DNA of 64,000 nucleotides. Origin: Octopus sinensis (taxonomy: Eukaryota). The notes under the pieces were generated by a model that was not told the DNA's origin, made no database searches, and was given only the letters and a program-made list of their open reading frames with translations. The first letter of the stretch is position 1, and the number at the start of each line of letters is the position of its first letter. The stretch spans positions 96,472,001 through 96,536,000 of the forward strand of contig NC_042999.1 in assembly GCF_006345805.1 (NCBI RefSeq). The letters are read 5' to 3'. The translations under genes were made by a program, and so were the position numbers. Positions 54,118 through 64,000 of the stretch are shown piece by piece.

Positions 54118-56169
54118 GAGGGAAATCATATAATTGTAGTACCTATTTCATCCACATGAAGCAGCAGGAGAGAGTCTAAGATAACTAGACGGAACTTGAA
54201 CTAATAATGTTGGGAGGAGCGGGTCGAAATATTGTAAATTGCATAGTCTGGTACTTTATCCATTACTATCCACTTAATGCCTTTATATATTGTCATTGTT
54301 GATGTGGCGTAACTTCACTGGCATCACGAAATTTCTTCATAGAACATAGAAATGTCATAATGTCTCTAATAATCACATTACCTTATAAAATTAAGAAAAA
54401 TGTAGAACCCAAGTAGCTTTGTAAATAGATGAGCAGTGTAGATAATACTCATCCAAAGCCTCATGATGGAACTTACTTAAGGACTGGTAGTTAGATTCTG
54501 TGTTATGCCAGTTATTGTGTGATACATTAATGTTTTTATGTACGGTGTATGAACATCGCCTTTAGGATTTTCAGATGACCTAGTATAAATTACTGGTACC
54601 TTGATGGTCTGAAACTATGCTGAATCAAATATTTTGCTTTGAAAGAAACAAAACAAAATGCTTACTGTATGTTTTATTACATGGTATATGAGCATGAAGT
54701 AAAATATGTCATCGACTTCATTCTCGCTTCACCTATAGTGGATATAATCACTGAAAGTAACTTACAGATATTTATTTTTCCCATTTCTAAGGGATAAAGA
54801 TAAAACTCAAGTTTAATGGCAAGAAGGGAGTAATGAATCCACCTCGTCAGACTCATTACTCTTTGCTTCTGCGAAATCTTTGCTTCTGCAAAATCACAGC
54901 TTTGTTACTATTATCGTTATTTGCTTTATCTTTTCATTATTTATCTACAACCACGCGAAGGCGTGGGTCGGAATGGTTGAAACAAATTAAAGAGCATTTG
55001 AAATAAAATTCATCTGCAAAGTTAATATCATACCATATATTATACTCACCCAAAGTCACTTTCATCCGTTCTTTATATCATATACTGCTATACTTATAAG
55101 AGCTATTCTCCACACGCTCATCGCCCTCACTACACATAATCAACAAGTCATTCTGCGTTTACTCATAACAAATACAAATTTCACCGTTGACACTGATTGA
55201 ACTTTCAAATATCATTTGTTTCAAAAATAAGCAGTAGGTTTTAGATGGAAGTCAAAACCTGGTGATGGCAGTAAAAGCATAATTAGAGGAATAAGTAAAT
55301 AATTAAATAATTTTAAAGAGCAACAACAATTACAGCAACATAAATATCTGCAGAAGAAATGATTAGAACAAAATGCTAAAAATTAAGTAATAATGAAACG
55401 CGCAAGAAGAAAGTAAAATCGTGGCATGGGAAATCAAATCAAAACGAAACTAGAAAAAACATCATTTAAATAACAAGAATCACAGAAGAAAAGACGGTTA
55501 CCAGGGTGATGTGAAATGATGCTGCTATTGCTAAATTAGTTGTTAGTAGCAAGGGATTTTAGACTTACCAAGATTGAAACTATCAAATACTGTTATCTTA
55601 GTCTTTACTTGCAAGCGTCTGACTGAAATGTTGGTATGAACTGTAAACTGGTGTGATAGGTCTTATATAAAAGATCCAGAGAGTCGTAAATATTGTTTGT
55701 TTATCATGAATCTCTACAAGTCTGTCAAATATCCGACATGTACTCCTACGCTACTCATGTTCATCATCATCTTTCAAGAAATAGATCATCCTTCAAGCAA
55801 ATTATCTTTCCGCCCTGTCATCAAAACCCTAATATTTTATCAACTTTTTTTCATTTATCTTCTAGACTTAAGGTAATCACAATGACGAAACCATTGAAAT
55901 GACACCGGAGAAAAAATCTCGTGGTGAAAATCAAAGCATGGTTTATACACTTCAACATATGTATTGTTTATATTGTTTACGCCACAATCTCAGTTTTACT
56001 GCAAGGTTTATATGTTCAAGTTAAATTAATAGCATAAAGAGCTTCAATCTTCATTTCTTCGCCACACATTAATTTCTTTTTACTTTTTCGCTAGTGTTTC
56101 AACAAAAACAAATGTAATGAAACGCAAGAAATAGAAAAGGCTTCTGTTATGTAGTTATAAATTGTTTTT

Positions 56170-56825
56170 TCTTGTTTAACCCTAGATCAGACCTAACGAG
56201 ATGACTTATGATCGAAGATATTCAAGTCGTGACCAGAAAGGCTTACTCTTATTTTGTTTTCTCAGATATAATGCATGAAGGATTACTTATCGAATATGTC
56301 ATTCCATTTTTTAAGACGGGAAGATGATTTGAGGGAGACTTACTTGCTAGTTCCTACAGGTCGAGCGATCGTGTAGAGGATCCTTATACTTGCTACTACT
56401 TCGCCCTGGATCAGTTGTGATCAACATTAAAATATGTTCCAGTCGTGACTACACTGTCCTTTTCCCTAAATTTTCAGATTTAGTATATGCTGTAACTCAT
56501 TATTCAATGTTTAATTTTTGAAGTCGGTATGATGTGATGTGATAGAGATTTGGCTGCTATTTCTGGAAGGTTGTGGCTCTCTGAGATTTTAAGTATTTAT
56601 ATATAGTATATATTCTGCATAGTTCTAGCATTATTGATGAACTGTGACAGAATCTAAAATGAAGTATTTGCAAACGTTCACCGCCGCAATTATCTTACCT
56701 GTTACATATACAAGTCGATGGTTACATTATCTACGTATCCTTCCACTTTAAGATGGTTGTGTATGATTTAAAGAAAAGTCGGCTGTTATTTTTCGGTGCC
56801 CGAGTAACCATATAGAGATTCTTTC
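56170..56825 (+). repeat. Three tandem degraded copies of a dispersed non-coding repeat family
   Basis: Shared core of roughly tttaagacgg...tgatttgagggagatttggctgctatttctagcaggtcgagcgaccacgtagag. Other plus-strand copies lie near 11330-11500, 16200-16390, 16830-16900, 20265-20420, 33680-33860 and 43400-43510. Inverted copies lie near 18290-18520, 33345-33500, 36830-37030, 40935-41030 and 62550-62870. Confidence 0.7.
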
Positions 56826-56874
56826 ATTATCTCATATAGTTGTATGATAATTACACTTATCTTGTATAATTGTA

Positions 56875-57193
56875 TGACACTTACACAGCGTTGTTGCGTG
56901 ACGGGTGGGCCGAGGGAACCATCTCGTTAATTGCGCGCCCTCCTCCCCGATAGTTCGAAGGCCTGTACCACGAGTCAGCTAGTTGGCTCTGGTTGCTGGA
57001 ACTGAAAACTCACATGACTCTGTTGGAAGGCCTAAAGAGGGTGCGAGCCAAAGCAATGCGCCCTTCTCCTCCATTGGTCAGTAGACTGCGCCACCTGACA
57101 GTTGACGCGGGCTGTTGAAGCTTAGATTGTGTCACGTGACAGCTGGCGCTGGCTACTGGAGCGGGTTTAAAGGGAAATTTGGCAGGGTGGTTA
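56875..57193 (+). repeat. Upstream copy of the Hero 3' UTR segment (direct repeat of 59663-59985)
   Basis: Colinear match from tg(a/g)ca(c/t)ttaca(c/t)agcgttg...ggccgagggaaccatct...agtagactgcgccacctgacagtt...agctggcgctggctactgg...cagggtggtta; roughly 80-85% identical by eye. Confidence 0.95.
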
Positions 57194-59662
57194 AATTGCA
57201 CTAAAGAAGAGCTCGAACACCATCTTAAAGAGACATATAGCGACACCGATAGGAATAAAGTGCTCCAAGTAGCGCTCGGGCTGATGAAATCACCTGAGCC
57301 AAGAGTACCATTCGATTTGAGTGACATCAGACGGAAAAATTGAAAAGCAAGACGAGTTCACCAAGGAACGACGGCGTTAGCTACAAGATTTATAAGTATT
57401 GCCTGAAATTGCGTTTACGACTATTCGCAGTGATAAGAGAAATGTGGAAGAAGAAAGGTGTAGCAGAGCGCTGGTATATAGCTGAAGGTATCTATTTACC
57501 TAAAGAGAGGGAGGCAAAAATACTAGGACAATTCAGACCCATTTTACCGCTAAATATCGATGGGAAGATCATGTTCAGAATTATTGCCAAGGAGAATCAT
57601 AAGATTTGTACAGCATAACGGATATGTTAATGAAGTGATCCAGATGGCAGGGATCCCTGGAGTCTCTAGATGCATAGAACATGCATTTACCATCTGAGAA
57701 ACTATCAACAGTGCAAAACAACTGAAGAAAACCTGTACATTGTATTCTTAGATTTTCCCAATGCATATGGATCTGTTCTACACGCACTAATTCAAGCAGC
57801 TATGGATTTCTTTTGGATTTCAGATGTTCAAACGAATTCTGATGTATTACTACGATAAATTGAGGATGAGATATATAGCAGAAAAGTTCACAACGGAGTG
57901 GCAACGGCTAGAAGTAGCTATTGCAGCTGGATGTACAATATCAGTCATCTTATTTGTGATAGTCATGAAGATGTTACTAAGATCAACAAACTGTACGAAA
58001 GCTGCTACAAAGACACCATTAAGGGCTTTTATGGACGACATTACTGTATTGTCAGTAAGTAGAGAAGCAGTTGATGGAACGTTAGAGCGGTTGGGCGAGC
58101 TAATAAGATGGGCGAGAATGAAATTCAAAGACAAGAAATCTCAAAGTGTGGCATTCGTGAAAGGCGTCCAAAAAGAAGTGAAGTTCAGGATAGGAGGTGA
58201 AGAAATACCAGCCGTGAAAGAACAATCAGTAAAAAGTCTCGACAGATGGTACAGAGATTTATTAAATGATAAGAAGCAAGTCATAGAAACACACAAATTA
58301 GTGGAACAGGGTCTAATGATAATTGATAGGACAACATTTCCAGGGAAATTCAAATGCTGGATACTGCAATTTGGACTGTACCCAAGGATAGCGTGGCCAT
58401 TGCAAATGTATGCATAACCTCAAATAGAGTAGAATGGATAGAACAAAGATGCAATATGTTTATCAGAAAATGGCTTGGTATTCCAAAACCGCTGAATACA
58501 ACTGCACTATATGGAAAACCAGTGTTGCAACAACCGATAACATCAATCGTCGAAGAATATAAGGCAGGAAAGGTGCGGGCAGTAATGGAGCTAAGGTATT
58601 CGAAAGATCAGAACATCCGAGAAAACCTTCCAGAGGTACGAACAGGAAGTAAAGGGAAAGCTGAAGGAGCAGTAAACAGTGCGATCGGAAACCATTTTGC
58701 TTGAGCAGTGTAAAAGAGATGAAGGAGGCAGTGGTACACGAAGTGAGAAAGGAGGAAAAAGAACAGCGAAATGTGCATTTGGTGCAATGTAATCAACAGA
58801 GACAATGCCTGAGATTGGTGAAATATGTGGTCAGCTGCAGAATCTCATGGCAGGAGCTTTGGGCTTGGGAACAAGCAAGAATATCCTTCCTGATCAAGTT
58901 TACCTTCGATGTTGTGCCTTCACTGGCCAATTTAGTCCGGTGGAACCCACAAACGACTGATGAATGTAAATGCGGAGAGAAAGCGACTATGTGACATGTT
59001 CTGTTAAACTGCAAGTTAATACTAGACAGACAGATATACATGGCGTCACAACTAAGTCCTCAGTTTCATAAGCGCAGCACTCAAGGAGAAGATCGAGGGA
59101 TATAATAGGAGTGAGTACCTAAAAGTGGAAAAACACAGACGGATATGCTTCCAGAAGGAGGAAAAAGGACATAAGACCAGGCCTTCAAAGAAGTATACAA
59201 GACAGACGAAAGATTGAAAGGATACTGGGAGCTGGTTGCAGATTTGGAAAGATTGTTAATATGTCCACTCATAAAGACAACAAAAAGACCGGACTTAATC
59301 CTATGAAATACGGACCGAAAAATTGGAATTTTGCTAGAGCTGACAGTACCGGGGGAAGAGAACATCTCTAATGCGGAGCAACGGAAGAGGAGGAGGCATG
59401 AGAAGTTGATCGAAGAGTGCGGGGAACAGATGTGGACTGTCGAGTATTACCACTTAGCAGTGAGTGCTAGAGGCTTCATTGAAAGGAAAATGCTGAAGTT
59501 ATTTTAAAAAAATGATTTGCATTTTCGAGCACAGAACTGAGAAAAGTAATAAGGAGGATGCAGAAGGCAGTCGATAAGGCCAGCTTCTATATATGGCTGA
59601 AACGAGAAGACCCAAATGACTCGAAAACCGTCTGGGAAATAGCGTCGCCAGGTGAGTCTGGC

Positions 59663-59985
59663 TGGCATTTACATAGCGTTGCTGAGTAACGAGTAGGCCG
59701 AGGGAACCATCTTGTTCATTGCGCACCCTCTTCCCCGATAGTTTGAAGGCTTGTACCACGAGACAGCTAGTCGGCTCTGGTTGCTAGAACTGAAACCCAC
59801 ATGACTCTGTTGGAAGGCTTAAAGTGAGCGCGAGCCAAAAATACGCGCCCTTCTCCATTGGTAAGTAGACTGCGCCACCTGACAGTTAGTCGACATGGGC
59901 TGTTGAATCTGAGACTGTATCACGTGAAAGTTAGCTGGCGCTGGCTACTGGGGCGGATCTAAAGGGAGATTTGTCAGGGTGGTTA
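59663..59985 (+). repeat. Downstream copy of the ~320-bp direct repeat (within the 3' UTR)
   Basis: See 56875-57193. Confidence 0.95.
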
Positions 59986-60099
59986 TTCGTCCACTGACAT
60001 TCGATGATACTGCATGGAAGACGACGCAACCAAAGAACAAGAAAACGCATTCAGCACCAGAGCTGAAGACACCTCCAAAAGTTGGCGGTGGAGGGGGGC

Positions 60100-60164
60100 A
60101 CCACGTCAGAAAACGGTAGAGGAGTAGGGCCGAAACCGGACGTGGTTACTCCTGATGACGTCCT
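60100..60164 (+). ncRNA. Candidate hammerhead-like ribozyme with non-canonical (pseudoknotted) strand order at the Hero 3' end
   Basis: CGG-TA (60114-60118), GAAA-CCG (60132-60138) and CTGATGA (60152-60158), with pairable stems I, II, III and an extra 8-bp helix accacgtc/gacgtggt. Confidence 0.55.
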
Positions 60165-60794
60165 TAGCTACTGGATCCTATAAAGTAGTTGCTGAGTTAG
60201 CGAACAACGAAATGTGATTGGAATTCCTACAGGTTGCAGGATTTTGAGCATAAGATAGTGTGCATACCTGCAAATATACTTAAGCAGAATTTCTGTCTAC
60301 CAAATTCGATAAAATATGCTATTATTAAATCTGAAGTTGCAGCAGAGAAACGCATGCGGGAAGATGCCACACATTTGAAGCGAACTGTAAACTACGTAGT
60401 CGCGGATCGAAACCATTTCAATGGCTTTAAATGGATGACGGACAAATCGTCTTATTTGACAGAAACTAGTCCAACGCATATAATTTTCTCACTCCTCTTG
60501 AAAGTTTTAACACTCTAAGTTACTCACCAATTTTATTGTATTAGGATAAATATCACATGTTAAATATCAAATGTAGCATTGAAAATAAAAGGTTTAATTC
60601 CGGCAGAATAGCAAATTTAAGCGGAAACCCACGAATGTTAACGAATCACAAAAACTGCTCTTCCCATCTGTCTTTACAATTTTGCTAGTGCTTTTCGCCA
60701 TACACTCATAATTTGTTCCTCAGCTAGACAATACGTATATTAAATATACTGAAACTAGTCGATATTTTCTTCAGCTCATCCAGGAGAGGGATTG

Positions 60795-60905
60795 ACAGAC
60801 AGACAATCAGAGACAGGGAGATAGAGAGAGACAGAGACAGAGACAGACAGACAGACAGAGACAGAGACAGAGAGACAGACAGAGATACAGACAGACAGAT
60901 AGTGC

Positions 60906-60950
<45 letters not shown>

Positions 60951-60992
60951 TGTGTTAGTGTGTGTGAGGGAGAGAGAGAGGAAGAAAGAGAG
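60795..60992. repeat. Compound (GACA)/(GA)/(TG) microsatellite
   Basis: Direct reading. Confidence 0.9.
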
Positions 60993-62228
60993 AGACTCCT
61001 GTTGTTTAATCACAGGAGTCTATTCACACAGTATGGCTAAATGTCAGTTTATTAAACGTACGTACATATGTAAATTCATTTTCTACATATCGATACATAC
61101 TGTTCTATCATTACTTTAGTCCCTTACGCGCGCGCGTGTGTGTGTGTGTAAGTGGGCATTATTTAATCTGTACACGAAGGGGAAACGTACTATAAAGTTA
61201 TAGCTTGGAATAAATGAATAAACTCTACAATAGCTTTTGAATATTCTTTTTCCCTCCTTTGCTTCATAGACCTATAAAACGCATTCACAAGCACGCGCGC
61301 ATACACGCATGTATATACATACTTACACATATATTCGTGTACGTCTCATGTGTATGCTTGTATGGATGCATATATATGTGTGCGTGTGCGCTAATACATA
61401 CGTGCACACACACACACACACATACGTGTATGTGTGTGTGTGTGTGTGTGTGCAAACACTTTTGTGAACTACGAAACTGGCGAAAATTCACCTGTCTAAC
61501 TAGGGAAATATATTTTAAAAGAATATATCAAAGACAGTTGAAATCTGCATTTCAGCTCCTGTAGGCTGCACTTGTAAAAGTTGTTATCAATATTATCGGA
61601 ATCCTTTGATGTAAATCGAACACCGATTGAAACCAGTTCTGCATTTGATCTCAGCCAAATATTCAACTATAGTTGACTTCAAAAAGAATTTCCCAGACGA
61701 CTAAATTTATCACAAGAATTTAGGCTGTAAAACAAATAACTTGTCTACGTCATGGGACTGTTGCGATACTGAGGAAATACTTCCAGGGGTTTATAGTCGA
61801 TAATATTGACCCGAGTGCTTTGTCTGGTGCTTATCTTACCGATAGTGTAAGAAACGGAATGCAACGTAGTTATTGGCAGAAATAGTGATAATTCGGTCGG
61901 ATATAAATAACGCAAAATATCAATTATGGAATATACTGTTATTTGTCCCTACACGCCCATACAAATACACATATACTCAAGGAGAGCGAAGCAAATCCGT
62001 AGCTTTCACCTGTTGCTAACAAAGATAGAATGCACCCACACTATTCATTTGCAGAAAAATTTAAACCAGTTCATAGCGTAGGAAATATCTCGCTTATTTG
62101 CTAAGCCATGTCTGACGACTGCTAAATTACTTTTACATTACTGGGAAACTCTTTAACATGAAACCGTTCATAGAAACTGAACAAGATTAAATTCGATAAT
62201 GTGGCTGAGATTATATATATATATATAT

Positions 62229-62450
62229 CTGGTGTTGACCAAAAAGTTCGTGTGTTTTTTTGAGGGAAAATAATACGCATGTTTTAAACTTTTAAACATG
62301 AAGTGATTTGTTCGAATCCACATTTATTCGCTAATCACTCGATATAATGAACAATAAGTGTCATATAACGTCCTGACTGGAAATACCTTTAAGTATCTTA
62401 GCACATACTCTCCGTATTCTACTAATTCAGCTATAATTTTATAGGTGTCA
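62229..62450 (+). mobile_element. Very degraded mariner remnant
   Basis: TIR-like ggtgttgaccaaaaagttcgtgtgtttttt follows (TA)n, and tctccgtattctactaattcagct (SPYSTNSA) resembles the PPYSPDLAP motif. Confidence 0.4.
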
Positions 62451-62871
62451 CACAAAATTATGCAATTAGGCTAAGAGGAAACTCAGAAGTGTTGGGGACG
62501 ATACACAACGCGATACACTATTCTCACTACTATGATTTAACGTAGCGGCTGTAGGGTCATTGGAGCTTCTCGGTCAAATTCCCCTCAAATACCCTTTGTG
62601 TTTGAAAATGATACATAGGATAACGTGATACTCATTTCTTTGAGAAAAAAAAAAGAGGCAAACCACGGCATGAAGATTGCTAGAATATTTTTACGCATAG
62701 ATGTACTCCAGCAGAAAATACATGAGCCAACACAGTCTCTACGAAATATCAGCCAAATCTATCATAAATGGCACCATACTATCATGAAAGGGCAAGTAAA
62801 ATAGCATGATGATTAAGAAAGAAATTGGAATATTTTTGGCCATATGTGCGCTTCATCAAAACTGACCTAGG

Positions 62872-63100
62872 TTTACCCATTTAGCATTTAGATTCCTCTT
62901 TCAAATGTAATGCTTATTTATTCACATTGATATGAATTAGTCGTGCATTACCTGAGAGCTTTGAAATTTCAATGATGTGAGTGTTAATTTTTAGAATAAC
63001 TTTGTAGGGTAAGTGTGAGAGACCAGATCTGGCCAGTTTGAAGATAAAATAGGTAGATTATTTTGGCTGGATATGGCCGGTTTAAATGTTAAAGAGTTAA
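62872..63100. mobile_element. piggyBac-type MITE
   Basis: The ends ttta-cccatttagcatttaga and tttaaatgttaaagag-ttaa are degenerate inverted repeats of TTAA-CCCTTTAGCATTTA type, with TTAA-like target sites. About 230 bp, non-coding. Confidence 0.65.
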
Positions 63101-63530
63101 ATTTCAAGATTCGCAACAACTGTTATGCGTATTCGACTCTACGAGGAGAGCGCCGACATTGTCACTGAATTTGCTAGAAATAACAACAAAATCTACCTTA
63201 GTTCCACACCATTCTGTCTTTGTTGTTTTGGATTTACTTCCAGCCTCTTATTATTTCGCTCATTCTCTTTGTTTATCATCTCTATTTTCTTTCATTTTCG
63301 TTCATTTTATCTCTTCAATATGATTCATTTATTTTCTACCTACATACAATTCCTTATTCTTTCCATTTGTTGTTTGTTATGTTTTTATTTTTCCTCCATT
63401 TGCTTTCTTCCATTTTATCCTACTTTATTTCCTCTTTATCGTTAATTCCCCTCTCCCTTCTGTATTTCTTCTAACTTCCAGTACCGAATAAAATCTGTCT
63501 ATTTAAGTTTCAATAGAATAGCCAGTAAAC

Positions 63531-63569
<39 letters not shown>

Positions 63570-64000
63570 GAGACAGGGTAGTTTTTTTGTACGTTGTATG
63601 TTGACCGCTGTTCTCTTTAAAAGTTAAGCTTCTTTACAATTTTCCTTTAATAATAAATAATCGAATTAACATCCAAACATAATTATTTCTAAATCCGATC
63701 TTCTGATAATAACATGGAAAATTTTCTGATAATAGTCTCGTTTTCATACTACTTTGTTTAGTATGAGTTTGTACACATGCGCACACACACTTGCGCGCAA
63801 TATGTATGTGTGCGAGTGTGTGTGTATGTGTGCGTGTGCGTGTGTGTGCGCGCGCGTACGATTGTGTGTATACACACACGTATATATTACTACTAACTGC
63901 ATTCACTTTATCTTCCAAACATTTGGATTAGCTGATATTATTGAAGTTATTTCCAAAACTATCGTTAGTTTTAAGCACAGAGGGAGTTTTTACCAATACA

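Larger units (their letters stand above)
56875..60190 (+). mobile_element. Decayed Hero-clade (R2-group, RLE) non-LTR retrotransposon, 5'-truncated, bracketed by direct repeats of its 3' UTR; 3' boundary approximate
   Basis: The frameshifted ORF from 57194 contains CTKEELEHHLKETYSD, SSPRNDGVSYKIYKYC, GIYLPKE...QFRPILPLNIDGKI, AGIPGVSRCIEH, VFLDFPNAYGSVLH, IAAGCTISVILF, AFMDDITV, WARMKFK, FPGKFKCWILQFGLYPRIAWPL, RKWLG, WQELWAWEQARISFLIK, the CCHC motif (CKCGEKATM*HVLLNC), RYTWRHN, the REL endonuclease RPDLIL...LELTVPGEENISNAEQRK, VSARGF and ASFYIWLKR. A GC-rich ~0.55-kb 3' UTR follows. Confidence 0.88.

Noticed and set aside
56875-59985. Interpreting the direct repeats as true LTRs of an LTR retrotransposon
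   Set aside because: The internal ORF is non-LTR RT plus REL endonuclease. There is no gag, protease or integrase, no TG...CA ends, and no PBS or PPT, and the element continues past the downstream repeat.
60121-60163. Reading the 3' motif as a standard type II hammerhead or an HDV-like ribozyme
   Set aside because: Type II would need a stem I hairpin between GGUU and CUGAUGA, but only 4 nt are available. No HDV P1/P1.1/P3 arrangement could be built.

Overview
AT-rich, microsatellite-saturated animal intergenic/intronic DNA. The SINE families and repeat load point to an octopus (cephalopod) genome; this is an inference. No intact, recognisable protein-coding gene is present, and nearly all ORFs in the track are simple-repeat artefacts. 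The recognisable content is decayed mobile DNA: three mariner relics, a CR1/L2-like RT fragment, three R4/Dong-like RLE LINE copies tied to (TAA)n, a Hero-clade RLE LINE, many tRNA-derived SINEs, a piggyBac-type MITE and palindromic MITE-like elements. The most notable item is the Hero-like LINE (56875-~60190). It is bracketed by ~320-bp LTR-like direct repeats of its own 3' UTR, which carry promoter-like motifs. It ends in a motif (60100-60164) containing all three hammerhead-ribozyme core strands with complementary stems, but in the order GUA -> GAAA -> CUGAUGA. That order is not a circular permutation of hammerhead types I/II/III and implies a pseudoknotted topology. Two conventional Penelope-type hammerhead relics occur at 14324-14446 and 51888-51927 on the minus strand.
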